Notes: generated by a model from the sequence alone, not told the origin. A stretch of DNA of 64,000 nt from Myxococcota bacterium (GCA_963676915.2 CAXXVK010000001.1:1-64000); one strand, 5' to 3'; shown: positions 40,704 to 51,269, counted from the first letter of the stretch. Numbers and translations: made by a program.

Positions 40704-42497
40704 TCATCCGGGATAGCGACAGACCATGAATTTCTGCTGGTCGATGAACGCCGGATAGCGAAGTTCTCCCGTGTAGCGGTCGTTTTCCTTTACGAATTCG
40801 GGGAAGATCAACCCTCGTCCCAGAGGTGCCTGTTTGGTGCGTTCCTCGATTTCGGGTTTCAGCGGGTCTGTATAGCAGTACTTCTCTTTCAAGGCCATGG
40901 CGGCGGCTTTGTCACCGGCAGCCTTGATATTCGCCACCGTGCGCAGCATGTCTTCGATCACTTGGCCGAGTTTGTCGAAATCCAGCCCGAAACGGATGCG
41001 TCCGTCTTCTTCCTGCCGAGTAATAGCCCCCCGTTCGTCGAAGTAGTGCCACATCATCGTCCGAGCCTGCGTATGTGCCTGATTCGGCTCGAATTTCAGG
41101 GAAGTGATCATCGAAAGCAGCATGCTGTAATGGGACGCCTGCACCATGGCGGGTTCCACGATTCCGGCTTCTCCGATGCGCTCCGCCGCCCACATGCCGA
41201 ACAGTTCGGCGCGGGTTTCTTCGAGAGCGCTGTATTCGGCTTCGAGATAGTCACGAGGCTCGCCGGGGTGGTCCGGGTCTTGACGCCCGGTGGTATGGCC
41301 GATTTCGTGCAGCGCCGAGTGCAACTGCCCGGCATCGAAGATCTTTTCGCCCAGCGCCTCGACCGCTGATTTCGGTAGAAACTCGTTAGCGATCATCGTC
41401 CCGCTGATCGAATGCACGGCGCGTCCCGTGTTGCCATAGACCATATTGACGGTCCCTACATTTTTTCCGACCCATTCGTCGTTGGGCAGGGACTGGGCAA
41501 TGGTGGTCATCGGACCGGTGACGTAATCGCCGGTCCAGCAGGCGACATCCACGAATTTCAGCCGGGGCAGCGCTTCGGGATCGATCTCTTCCCTCCGCCA
41601 GTCCCAAGGCGCGTTCGCCTCCAGAGAGGGCACCTGAGCCACGATTTTCTGCAACAAGACTTCGGCATCGCGGTTGATCACGGTGACGTTACCGCTGGCC
41701 GCACCCTTGAAATTCTTCCAGTTGTCCAGATAGACCTCGATGGCGGTCGAAAGGATGATGTCGAAGGGGCTGTTGTGGCGAACCCAGTGATAATCCGCCA
41801 GACGGCGGGCTTCTTCGCTGCCGGTGTTCAGTTCCTCGATTTTGGCGTCAAGATAGATTTGGAAACTTATGTTGTCGCTCAACGCACGGGCTTTTCTCAG
41901 GTGACCGATTGCCTCTTGGCAGGCATCGCGGAACATTTCCTCGTTGGTTTGCACGCCCAACGTTCCGTCGTTTTTACGATAGATCATCGTGTTGACCTGC
42001 CGACCGGTTTCGCCCAGAGAGGCCAGTTCGTCTTCGGTCAGATCTTCGGGGTAGAAATTGGCTTTGTCGGGCAAGGGAACGAAATCGAAAAGGTAGGTTT
42101 GCACATGCTGAAACGTTTCCTTGAATCCGATCTGTTCCGCCAGTTCGGCGACCTGCTCGCGATTGCTCGACAAAATATGGTTTTTGCGCGGTAAAAACGA
42201 CCACGGTCCGTTTTGCAGATGCAGCAGGGTCCGGTAGTTGGAGAGATCCTCTTTCAGCTTCCCGGTGGCAGCTTCCACCAGGCGATCCAACAGTCCTGCC
42301 AACTCGCAGGTGACCGACGTCACTTGCTCGCGAAATACGGCGTTCATGGTTTCGGCGGCGGCGACAAGATGCCCTAACAACTGGATTTCATGGTCTGAAT
42401 AGCCTGAAAGGTCGAAAGCCACGGGCGCGATTCCGGCGCGGCGGGGCGGTTCGTCGGGCTGGCGATAGGGAACGAAAACGATGTCGGGCAGAGTCAT
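40704..42497 (-). CDS. Peptidase M49 (dipeptidyl peptidase III-like)
   Basis: ANFYPED, AQSLPND, LHEIGH, SALEETRAE, QAH; start chosen at MTLPD. Confidence 0.82.
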   Translation of the reverse strand: MTLPDIVFVPYRQPDEPPRRAGIAPVAFDLSGYSDHEIQLLGHLVAAAETMNAVFREQVTSVTCELAGLLDRLVEAATGKLKEDLSNYRTLLHLQNGPWSFLPRKNHILSSNREQVAELAEQIGFKETFQHVQTYLFDFVPLPDKANFYPEDLTEDELASLGETGRQVNTMIYRKNDGTLGVQTNEEMFRDACQEAIGHLRKARALSDNISFQIYLDAKIEELNTGSEEARRLADYHWVRHNSPFDIILSTAIEVYLDNWKNFKGAASGNVTVINRDAEVLLQKIVAQVPSLEANAPWDWRREEIDPEALPRLKFVDVACWTGDYVTGPMTTIAQSLPNDEWVGKNVGTVNMVYGNTGRAVHSISGTMIANEFLPKSAVEALGEKIFDAGQLHSALHEIGHTTGRQDPDHPGEPRDYLEAEYSALEETRAELFGMWAAERIGEAGIVEPAMVQASHYSMLLSMITSLKFEPNQAHTQARTMMWHYFDERGAITRQEEDGRIRFGLDFDKLGQVIEDMLRTVANIKAAGDKAAAMALKEKYCYTDPLKPEIEERTKQAPLGRGLIFPEFVKENDRYTGELRYPAFIDQQKFMVCRYPG

Positions 42498-42654
42498 GGG
42501 AACCTTCCTGAACGTTCGGGGTTTCGCCCGAAAATAACGGGCATTCTTGACGTAAAGCAAGTCTAACGAAGTTAGGGCCGACGTCAAGTCTAACAAACAA
42601 ATCCGACCTGATTTTTACCGTTTTGTAGGAAATTCGAACGAAATGGACCGACCG

Positions 42655-42936
42655 TCAGGGGGTGAAGATCATCGGTTCCCCGAAAGGCTTGATGCCGCTT
42701 TCGGGATCGAGCGTGGCATGGATGCAAACCACCTGTTTTTCCCCGTCTTCGATGAGCTTTTGCACCGTCGGTTCGAACGACGGCAATTCCTCGGCAGAGG
42801 CGGTGAACAAAGTTTGTTCGCGGTCGAGTCCCAGATCTCGGCTCATCCGTTCTTCGTCGAAATCCTCGGGGCGCTCGTTCAAGTTGCAGATATAGATCAC
42901 GGTTTTCACGGCGGATTCCTCGCTAGGTTTTACCAA
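42655..42936 (-). CDS. Small hypothetical protein
   Basis: Fills the gap, protein-like composition, upstream GAGG; no family recognised. Confidence 0.5.
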   Translation of the reverse strand: MVKPSEESAVKTVIYICNLNERPEDFDEERMSRDLGLDREQTLFTASAEELPSFEPTVQKLIEDGEKQVVCIHATLDPESGIKPFGEPMIFTP

Positions 42937-43185
42937 TCACCTCGAATATCCTAAGGCAGACGCTTGTCCAATGCAAGGAGGGAAACCGGTTGTGGCAGAA
43001 ATTCAAAAGATTTCGAATAGATTCGGAGACTTGACACGTGTCGGATCTGCTCGTTCTTATTCCAAAACAAACGCATCGGGAATTGACAGTTCAAGCCTCG
43101 TTTGGTACTGATAGAACTTGTACCCGTGTCATTGGGATACGGGCAACGGTGGTTTTGCGCCCATTAGTTTCCTTCGAGGGCTGCT

Positions 43186-45192
43186 ATGTATCGAATGTCG
43201 AATCTCCTCATGCTGTTGTTGGTCGGGTTCCTCCTGCTGGCCGGGTTTTCCTGCGGGTCGGACGACAGTTCCGCTTCCGGCAATACCTCCGACGGAACCT
43301 GCTCCGTGCATACCGACTGCTTCACCCCTTTCGAGCAATGCGATGCGACGAGCCAGCGCTGCGTGCTGCAATTCCTCCCCTGCGACGACCAGGGCAACTG
43401 CCTGCCGTCCTACGAATGCCGGGAGGTGAGCTACGAATTCCCGCTGTGTATGCCGGTTTCGAATGGCTCCACCGATGGAGACGAAGAAGAAGACAGCGAT
43501 GTGGAAAGCTGCCCCAGCGGTACGGTTTTAAATGGAGAGGGCGACTGCATCACCGTGGAATGCTACAACAACGATGACTGCGACGACAACCGCATCTGCA
43601 ACCGCGACACCTACAAATGTGAAGAACAGGTTTGCGAACCCGCCTGTACCGACGAGCAGGAATGCGTGGACGGTAGCTGCGTCATCAAAGAATGCTACAG
43701 CGATTCCGACTGTTCCCCCGACAAAGAATGCGCCGTGGACAACGACGGACGCCGCATCTGCACGCAGATCGTCTGCTACCGGGATGAAGTCTGCCGCAGC
43801 GATTACGTTTGCGAGGATCGGCAGTGCGTCGCGCCCTGCACGGATTCCGAGGGCGACAACCCCTGCACCGAAGGCGAATTGTGCCAGGAAGGTCACTGCA
43901 TCGTTCCGGTACCCGAATGCACCGGCGATCTGGAATGCCCGGAGCAGCAGATCTGCAACGAGTATTTTCTCTGCCAGATCGGTGCGGCCTGCACGTTGGA
44001 CGCCGAATGCGGTGACAGACGCCGCTGTGGTCGAAACGATGTCTGCGTCCACGAAGGCTGTTACGACGACGACGACTGCACCGACGATATTGGAATGCTC
44101 TGCGATCCCACCGACCGCCAATGCAAATACAAAACGCCGACCGGTGCGACCTGTGCCGACTCGGACCAGTGCCTCGACGCGGATATCTGTCGGGAAACGG
44201 TCTGCACCCGAATCTGCGACATTTACCTGGGCGACGAGCAATGCCCGGTCGAAGGGACCATCTGCGCATTCAATCCCGATGGCCAGGTGGAAGACCGCCT
44301 GAAGCACATCTGTATCCCACCCACCGGTGGATTGGGTCTTTCGGCATCCTGCAATAGCGGGATCTGCGAACGAAATCTCGTCTGCGACCCGTTGAGCATG
44401 ACCTGTGAATCCGTTTGCGATCCGGACGCCGAGACGGACACCTGCACCGGCGGCGATGTCTGCCTGTTCCAGGAATCGATCGGATACGGTCTGTGCCGAG
44501 AACCACCTTGCGATCCCGTGGAAAATCCCTGCTCGACCGCCATGAAACCTTTTTGCTACATGGGTGAATGCGTGGAATGCGGTGTGGACGACCATTGCTC
44601 TTCCACCAAAGTCTGCGAGGCGAACGAGTGCGTGTTCGGTTGCGATGTCACGGGATGCACCGGAACGAACCAATTCTGCGTGGACAACCGCTGCGAGGAA
44701 GTCTGCTTCCCGGCCTGTGTGGAAGATGAACTGTGCCAGGATGGCGTTTGCGTCCCCCGCGAATGCACCCCGCCCTGTGAAGCGCCGTATTACTGCGAAT
44801 CGGGCCGTTGCGTGACCCGCGACTGCCGGGAGCTGGGCTTTGTCTGCGAAATCGACCTGTGGATCTGCAATGCCGATACGGGCGAATGCGAAGAACCCGA
44901 CTGCCCGGAATGCGGAGCTAACCAGTGCTGCACCCGATGGACGGACTACCTATGCAGCGATTGGTGTTACACCTGTCACAGAGATAATCCCACGGGAACC
45001 TGTCCGGAACTGCAATACTGCGACGAGGGCACCTGCCTCGACATTCCGCCGGTAGGCCAGGGAAAAGCCTGCGGCGCGGTTGCCGACCCTGCGGGAACTC
45101 CCTGCGAGGAAGGGCTAACCTGCTGCGAGCTGTTCCCCGGTTCGGGTGGAAAATGCTGCGAAGCGTGCAGTTATGACGGAAGCTGCTTGTAA
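43186..45192 (+). CDS. Cys-rich repeat surface lipoprotein
   Basis: Lipobox GFSC; dense C-x2-D-x-D-C and C-x-P-x-C modules throughout. Confidence 0.85.
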   Translation: MYRMSNLLMLLLVGFLLLAGFSCGSDDSSASGNTSDGTCSVHTDCFTPFEQCDATSQRCVLQFLPCDDQGNCLPSYECREVSYEFPLCMPVSNGSTDGDEEEDSDVESCPSGTVLNGEGDCITVECYNNDDCDDNRICNRDTYKCEEQVCEPACTDEQECVDGSCVIKECYSDSDCSPDKECAVDNDGRRICTQIVCYRDEVCRSDYVCEDRQCVAPCTDSEGDNPCTEGELCQEGHCIVPVPECTGDLECPEQQICNEYFLCQIGAACTLDAECGDRRRCGRNDVCVHEGCYDDDDCTDDIGMLCDPTDRQCKYKTPTGATCADSDQCLDADICRETVCTRICDIYLGDEQCPVEGTICAFNPDGQVEDRLKHICIPPTGGLGLSASCNSGICERNLVCDPLSMTCESVCDPDAETDTCTGGDVCLFQESIGYGLCREPPCDPVENPCSTAMKPFCYMGECVECGVDDHCSSTKVCEANECVFGCDVTGCTGTNQFCVDNRCEEVCFPACVEDELCQDGVCVPRECTPPCEAPYYCESGRCVTRDCRELGFVCEIDLWICNADTGECEEPDCPECGANQCCTRWTDYLCSDWCYTCHRDNPTGTCPELQYCDEGTCLDIPPVGQGKACGAVADPAGTPCEEGLTCCELFPGSGGKCCEACSYDGSCL

Positions 45193-45228
45193 AAATGTCG
45201 GAAATGTGAATCAATACAAGAACGAGCC

Positions 45229-45522
45229 ATGCCGGAAAACACCCCCAAGTCTCGTGCCGTTCATCTTTGGATCAGCGGACGGGTGCAAGGAGTGGCTTTT
45301 CGCGCCGCAACGCAACGCGAGGCTCAAAAACTTGGAATTTCGGGTTGGGTGAGAAATCTTTACGATGGCCGCGTGGAAGCGGTGGCTTATGGGGAAAACT
45401 TGAATGATTTCCTTGTGTTTTGCCATCGAGGACCGGCGTGGGCACGTGTGGATGACATCGACATCCAGCCGATCGACGCCGGGGATGTACCCGAGGGGTT
45501 CGTTATTCGGCGGGATGGATGA
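45229..45522 (+). CDS. acyP: Acylphosphatase
   Basis: SGRVQGVAFR, GWVRNL.DGRVE, GP..ARV. Confidence 0.93.
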   Translation: MPENTPKSRAVHLWISGRVQGVAFRAATQREAQKLGISGWVRNLYDGRVEAVAYGENLNDFLVFCHRGPAWARVDDIDIQPIDAGDVPEGFVIRRDG

Positions 45523-45561
45523 AAATCTCGGCGGCGACCTGCCGAGATCGTAGGAGTAACC

Positions 45562-46665
45562 ATGAGTCTGGAACTGCTTTCCCGTTTGCTGAAAAATCCG
45601 CCAACCGATATCAAAGAAGACGAACTGTACCGGTTGCGCCTGAACTTCAATCATTTCGGTCTGGATTTTCTCACCAACAACCAGGATCTTTACGAACTGG
45701 TCAAAGCCTATCATGCGGCCTTTCTCGTAACGGAAGCCCAGAACCCTGCCAACAGCACGGTTTATGCCATTCACGCTCCGGGCTTGCGTTCGCATCACAT
45801 GATGCGGGATTTTTCGCGGGTCGAACGAGGCCAGAAAATCAAGGAAGAATTCGCCGACATCTACGAAGGCCGTCTAGTCCGTAAAAAACGAACCGGCGTC
45901 GAGATGTTTTTCGACGGCCACAATCACCTGATATATGGCTCCCTTTCGGACAACCTGCACCAGGTCAACAATTTCATCAACGTGGTGTATTCGCGCCACT
46001 ATCTGGTGCAAAAAGGCTATCTACTCTGGAATACCGCCGCTTTCGGGTCGGGATTCGATAGTGATGGCGTGGTGGCTTTTGCCGGGCTGGACGGCTCCAG
46101 CCTCAGTTCGGCGATGATGCGTTTTATGGAACGCGGGTACGGCTTCTGCACCTTCGACCGGCTGATGATCAAGGCCGAAGGCGATCAGGTCAACGTGCTG
46201 GGCTACCCCACGCTTCCGGCGGTCAACGCCGCCATGCTACTGGGCAACCCCAACCTGAGCCAGATGCTTTCCGCCAAGGAAATCGAAAAACTCGAATCGA
46301 TTCCCAAAGCGCAACTGATGAATTCGACGCAACGCTATTATGTGGATATCGCTCGACTTTTCGGGAAACAGAAATACCGGATCCGTGGTTGTTTGAAAGC
46401 GCTGTACCTGATCAAATGGACCACCGACCGCAGCCAGCAATCCCGCATCCGCGAGCTGAAGCCCCAGGAAACCATGAAAGAGCTGTCGATGTATTACAAA
46501 GACCTCGGGGTGTTCGATCTCAACAACACGCGGGGTGAACGGCTGGTGGCTCCCAACTGGATGCAGTTGCGGCGGATCTTCGATCACATCCGTATGTTCT
46601 CGATCGAGGGGCTGGTTTCGTTCGACGAATTCGCCAACCATGTGAAATTCCACGATCTTCCGTAG
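45562..46665 (+). CDS. HprK-related kinase B-like protein with degenerate P-loop
   Basis: KIKEEFAD..GRLVRK..TG..F and NLHQVNNFIN resemble HprK-related kinase B; the Walker A position reads AGLDGSSLSS. Confidence 0.7.
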   Translation: MSLELLSRLLKNPPTDIKEDELYRLRLNFNHFGLDFLTNNQDLYELVKAYHAAFLVTEAQNPANSTVYAIHAPGLRSHHMMRDFSRVERGQKIKEEFADIYEGRLVRKKRTGVEMFFDGHNHLIYGSLSDNLHQVNNFINVVYSRHYLVQKGYLLWNTAAFGSGFDSDGVVAFAGLDGSSLSSAMMRFMERGYGFCTFDRLMIKAEGDQVNVLGYPTLPAVNAAMLLGNPNLSQMLSAKEIEKLESIPKAQLMNSTQRYYVDIARLFGKQKYRIRGCLKALYLIKWTTDRSQQSRIRELKPQETMKELSMYYKDLGVFDLNNTRGERLVAPNWMQLRRIFDHIRMFSIEGLVSFDEFANHVKFHDLP

Positions 46666-46702
46666 ATCTATCCACGTTTTCAAAGAAGATCGGATGAAAG
46701 AA

Positions 46703-46743
46703 GTAGGTCGGGCAAATTTCTTGCCCGACACCCTGGCATTGTC
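46703..46743 (+). repeat. Family-A REP with doublet spacer
   Basis: GTAG-GTCGGGCAA-ATTTC-TTGCCCGAC followed by ACCCTGGCATTGTC (compare 40553 ACCTTGGCATTGTC). Confidence 0.8.
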
Positions 46744-46857
46744 CCTAAGCTCGAGCAGGATTGCATTTTGCTCCCCATGTTTTATTATTTTAATCTCACG
46801 CAGGTCCGTAACCTTAACCCGGCCTACATGAGATGCATATTCGTTGGTTCAGGACTC

Positions 46858-47724
46858 ATGGCGAAGAAAAAAAAGAAAAAACAACCGGAAAACGAGGCCG
46901 ATACTCCTTCCAAGCTGAACCAACAGGCGTTCTCCAAACTGAAAGATCACTTCCGACCGGCGTCTTCCGATAAGGAAGAACAAACGCCACCCCCGCCCAA
47001 GAAAAAAGCCGCACCCGCAAAAAAAACACCTTTACGGCGGCGGGATCTTCCCGAGAATGCCGAAAAGCCGGAAGTCGGCGACGAAAAGCTGTTTTCCTGG
47101 TGGATGCGCGGCACGACGCCTCTGGAGGAAACCAAGCAAGGGCGCTCGTTCAAAAAGAGCCGCGACCGCTCCATCGTGGAAAACGAGGCACGCCTGCGCA
47201 AACACGCGATGATGGCCGGTGTCCCGGACGAGGAGCAGGACCGGGCGTTCATCGACGTGATGCAGGCCGAAGACGACCCTTCCCTGTTCGCCGAGGCGGT
47301 GGACCCGATTCAGCCGGGCGAGCGCCTGGCCCGAAAAATTCGTCGCGAGGAAGAACGGCTGTTCGCCGAAGCCATCGAAAAACTGGACGACGACGACATG
47401 GCCCGCCATGCCAGGCATGAGGAACCGAAAGAGGACGAACCGGATGTCGGCATCGAAGACCGCCTGGACCTGCACGGCCTGTCCAAAGAAAGCGCCTTGC
47501 GGTTTCTCGATAGCTGGTTGTGGACACGCCACCTCGAAGGCGCGAGAAAAGTGCTGATCGTGACGGGAAAAGGCAACAAATCTCCCCAGGGCACCGGCGT
47601 GCTACGGGATCGGGTCAAGCAGTATTTCAACGAAAACCCCCGGCGCATCATCCGATCGTTCGAACGGGCAAAAGGCTCCGAAGGAGGTAGAGGGGCTTGG
47701 GTGGTGGAGTTGAAGCCTCGGTGA
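46858..47724 (+). CDS. Smr/MutS2 C-terminal domain protein
   Basis: LDLHGL, VLIVTGKG.KS, GVLR, GGRGAWVV; start at MAKKKK after AGGA. Confidence 0.9.
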   Translation: MAKKKKKKQPENEADTPSKLNQQAFSKLKDHFRPASSDKEEQTPPPPKKKAAPAKKTPLRRRDLPENAEKPEVGDEKLFSWWMRGTTPLEETKQGRSFKKSRDRSIVENEARLRKHAMMAGVPDEEQDRAFIDVMQAEDDPSLFAEAVDPIQPGERLARKIRREEERLFAEAIEKLDDDDMARHARHEEPKEDEPDVGIEDRLDLHGLSKESALRFLDSWLWTRHLEGARKVLIVTGKGNKSPQGTGVLRDRVKQYFNENPRRIIRSFERAKGSEGGRGAWVVELKPR

Positions 47725-47911
47725 GGTCAGTTCGGTTTTTAAGTTTATTATCGAATGAGTAGATCTTCATAAAAATATCATTGTATATGTTTTTCCTTTA
47801 TTAATTGTCGATAAATATGCTAACTAGATTTATAAGTTTACTTTAAAAAAACAGCAGTCAGTATTCACACAAAAAGATTTATGATAAATCTATATGTTAA
47901 TGAGGTGAATT

Positions 47912-49378
47912 ATGCCGGAAGTATCCTTTTCTGAAGTAGAAATTCAAAAACTATTTGGACATGAAGCTGCCGAAGACGAAACTCCAGAACGACTTCGAGA
48001 ATACTATTTCAAGAGTAGTACTTACGATCAGGTCGTTGTTGATTTACCTCTTCGTATTTTAGTGGGACACAAAGGGATTGGAAAATCAGCCCTATTTCAA
48101 ATTGCAATGCTAGAAGACAAAGAAAAGAATGCTATTCAAATTTTAATCAAACCAGATGACATAGTTGATCTCAATATTGCAGAAGATAACTTTTTAAAAA
48201 TCATTCGTGATTGGAAAATTGGATTAAAAGAGATAATTGCGGAAAAAGTCCTTTGCTCATTTGGTGCGGATAGTAGTGATATAAAAAGTCAATTGCAAAA
48301 ATATGGGGGGAAAATAATCGATTATATCAAGGGAACTCTTGTTAAAAATAAAATTAATTACACCCCAACTAATCAATTGCTCATTGATCAGTTTTTAAAA
48401 ACAGGAGAAATAAAAGTATATATTGATGACCTCGATCGCGGGTGGGAAGGAAGAAAAAAAGATGTCAATAATATTTCTGCCTTACTAAATGCAACAAGAG
48501 ATTTAGTTAAAGAGCATAGAGGGCTTAATTTTAGAATAGGTTTACGTTCTGATGTATATTATTTGGCAAGAACTTCCGATGAATCAACAGATAAGATTGA
48601 AAGTTCTGTAATATGGCAAACGTGGACTAATCATGAAATTTTTGTTCTACTTATTAAACGCATAGAAACTTTTTTCGGACGCCAAGTAGATGAAAAAGAA
48701 CTTTTAAAAACACGACAACTGCTTTTATCTCACTATCTAGACGATATAATGGAGCGTAGGTTTACCGGACACGGCCATTGGGAAAAAGCTCCAATTTATC
48801 GGGTTCTAATGTCCCTCATAAGAAAACGCCCAAGAGATTTAGTAAAACTATGCACTCTTGCTGCTAGAAAAGCCCGTGAGTTAGATTTGAACAAAATCAA
48901 TACTGATTGCTTTAAGTCTGTTTTCTCTGAGTATTCTCAAGGACGTCTTCAAGATACAATTAACGAATTTCGCTCGGAATTGCCTGATATTCAGCGGCTA
49001 TTGATGAATATGAAGCCCAATAAAAAGGAAAGACAAGCAAGCCTTGGGTATTTATATTCAACTGATAAACTTATTAAAAAAATAGACAATATAAAGAGAA
49101 TGGGCGAATTTACATTCCCTTCAAAATCTGGCTTTGTTAGTAGTAAAGAATTGGCTGCATTCATGTACAAAATTAACTTCCTAACAGCTAGAAAAGAAAC
49201 AAAAAAAGGAATTGATCGGAAGTATTTTGAAGAAAATCGCTATTTATTTAATGAATTTTCAGATTTTGGCTATGATTGGGAGATTCACCCTGCTTATAGA
49301 TGGGCCCTTCAACCTTCGACTCCTCAAGATATTTATTCTGGCGTAGAACTAAGTTGCGATGATAAAATAATTTCGTAA
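47912..49378 (+). CDS. AT-rich P-loop ATPase (Sll1717/FunZ-like)
   Basis: FG.EAAEDE, Walker A GHKGIGKS, Walker B VYIDDLDRGW, LRSD, RPRD, terminal IHPAY; strongly AT-rich relative to neighbours. Confidence 0.8.
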   Translation: MPEVSFSEVEIQKLFGHEAAEDETPERLREYYFKSSTYDQVVVDLPLRILVGHKGIGKSALFQIAMLEDKEKNAIQILIKPDDIVDLNIAEDNFLKIIRDWKIGLKEIIAEKVLCSFGADSSDIKSQLQKYGGKIIDYIKGTLVKNKINYTPTNQLLIDQFLKTGEIKVYIDDLDRGWEGRKKDVNNISALLNATRDLVKEHRGLNFRIGLRSDVYYLARTSDESTDKIESSVIWQTWTNHEIFVLLIKRIETFFGRQVDEKELLKTRQLLLSHYLDDIMERRFTGHGHWEKAPIYRVLMSLIRKRPRDLVKLCTLAARKARELDLNKINTDCFKSVFSEYSQGRLQDTINEFRSELPDIQRLLMNMKPNKKERQASLGYLYSTDKLIKKIDNIKRMGEFTFPSKSGFVSSKELAAFMYKINFLTARKETKKGIDRKYFEENRYLFNEFSDFGYDWEIHPAYRWALQPSTPQDIYSGVELSCDDKIIS

Positions 49379-49779
49379 TTTTCCTCCCCTCTCCCAATTC
49401 ACGCCGATTCGGAGGGTTTTACGCAAATCTGCGCCATCTCGCTGTGTGCCGCGTCTGTGCGGGTCAAACCACGTCGAACCCTGCCGTTTTGTGCTCGAAG
49501 ACCACCCTTTGTGCGGCACATTGTGCTGTCATATATGACGGATTCTGCAACATATAACAGAAAACAGCCGTTTTTCGGGGAAAACGCAGATTCGTGTCTG
49601 CTGGACGTTTTTGCGTCATCTCCTCCGATTCGACGTGAAACGACACGAAACGACGCAAATGGTTCCATGGGAAGAAAAACAGGTCGAATAGTTCTTTTAC
49701 CCGACCTATGAAACCTGATGTCAACGTATCGAAAAAACAGTGGTTGGAATGGATGCTTTGAGAGCGATTTTCAGATCCC

Positions 49780-49924
49780 TAGAAGTCATCCTAAAAATAC
49801 CGACCGAGGATTTCGAGGTGATTTCGAGACGAATTCGTCGTTGGCGAGACGCGGAATACCGGGAGTCTTTCAAGTCGAGACCGGCGGAGAAGGCGACAGG
49901 AGTGTATTTTTAGGATGGCTTCTA
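49780..49924. mobile_element. MITE family 2 (145 bp), full copy
   Basis: TAGAAGTCATCCTAAAAATAC...GTATTTTTAGGATGGCTTCTA terminal inverted repeats (one mismatch), TA at both ends. Confidence 0.8.
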
Positions 49925-49941
49925 CTCTTTGTATCGTGGGT

Positions 49942-50352
49942 TCAATCGATTGTCGCAACCGAAACGATTGGCGAGTTGTCGTCACTGGGTTTAATCGGTG
50001 TGGAGGAAAGAGCCGACGCCTCGGAATCCACGACCGAATCGGCGGAACTATGACCGTGTCGTCCGTGCCATCCCTTCGGGTCATGATCATTCGGCACCAG
50101 AATCGCAACCAACGTTACGACAAGGAAAACAATGGTCAAAACGGCTCCAAGCGGACGTTTGAGATGACGAGTCAAGGGTTTCCAGTTCGCCACACAATGT
50201 AATGCACAACCCAAAATGAAAACCAGGCTGAATATTTCATGAGCAGGCTTTACAAATCCGCCGTGAAAGCCGAAGAACATCAAAAGGCCGGTAGCGGTGA
50301 CGACAACAAAAGAAGCGATGGTCAATGGGGATGCAAAATTTCTGAGTTTCAT
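49942..50352 (-). CDS. DUF4405-like small membrane protein
   Basis: Three TM helices; TGLLMF, HE..SL..LH...NWK pattern. Confidence 0.75.
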   Translation of the reverse strand: MKLRNFASPLTIASFVVVTATGLLMFFGFHGGFVKPAHEIFSLVFILGCALHCVANWKPLTRHLKRPLGAVLTIVFLVVTLVAILVPNDHDPKGWHGRHGHSSADSVVDSEASALSSTPIKPSDDNSPIVSVATID

Positions 50353-50501
50353 CGTGTGCTCCTTGTAACTACATGAACCCCTACAGGTGTTTTCTTAGTA
50401 AACAAGACGCACGAAGGACCGTTTTGTTACAGGATGAAATGAAAATAGATGCCCCGCCGCTTCGATCTCTTATATGAAACGACGATTGCCTGCTTCCCTA
50501 T

Positions 50502-51269
50502 TTATTCCTCTTCCAGCCACAGGTTGGCAAGCCCCTGAACGTCCGTGGAAGACACCCAGAGACCGTCGGGGTAGCGGTCGGTGAATTCGGTGGTCAGGGA
50601 AATGGTGAACGGCGCGACGGCAACCCCCGCCAGCACGCTCGCAAGGTTGCCGAAACCGAGATCGGACAGCTTGACCTCGACGTACAGGTTTCCGTCGTAA
50701 TCCATTGAAGTGCTTAGAGAATCCGGGATCGTAGCAATGGACCAATGGCAACCCGCGTGCTTGCGGGCGCTCGTGCAGTCGGCGTTCCAGTAGCTCAGCA
50801 CACCGTCATTGAACCGCACGGTATGCCCGACGATCGACGTATCGCCCGGAATCAAAAACAGCTCGTACGATCCCCCTTCCGGCAGGCCATTCGCCAGCAA
50901 CACGCGACAGGTCAACAGGTCGCCGTTACGGTAGTATTCGAGTGCCAGGATATCGGCCTCGCAAGCGGCGTCGGTGGTGGCGCAGTCGCCGGAGTCGTCG
51001 CCGCCCTCAACCAAGGCTCGCCAGGGCAGAGACTCTTCCGCTTCGGCTTCTTCTTCGATCTCCTCGCCGTCGTCGTCCCCTTGCGCTTCGACCTCATCCG
51101 CATCGCCGGACATCGGGGTTTCGGTGTCGATGTCCGCAACGCTTTCGCCTTCGGCGTCGGTATCGCCACCGGTCGGGTTCGAGTCATCGTCGCCACCGCA
51201 GGCTGTTACTCCGACCAAAGCCACCAGTAACAGTCCCACCAACCCTTGGAACGAACTTTTCATCGGCAT
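50502..51269 (-). CDS. Hypothetical lipoprotein
   Basis: Lipobox VTAC, acidic linker, beta-rich C-terminal domain. Confidence 0.75.
   Translation of the reverse strand: MPMKSSFQGLVGLLLVALVGVTACGGDDDSNPTGGDTDAEGESVADIDTETPMSGDADEVEAQGDDDGEEIEEEAEAEESLPWRALVEGGDDSGDCATTDAACEADILALEYYRNGDLLTCRVLLANGLPEGGSYELFLIPGDTSIVGHTVRFNDGVLSYWNADCTSARKHAGCHWSIATIPDSLSTSMDYDGNLYVEVKLSDLGFGNLASVLAGVAVAPFTISLTTEFTDRYPDGLWVSSTDVQGLANLWLEEE

Noticed and set aside
43186-45192. Cys-rich lipoproteins as multiheme cytochromes or ferredoxins
   Set aside because: Only isolated CxxCH matches (CYTCH here); Cys spacing fits disulfide modules.
49400-49780. Short ORFs or ncRNA downstream of the ATPase
   Set aside because: No protein motif or convincing structure apart from a degenerate REP at 49681.
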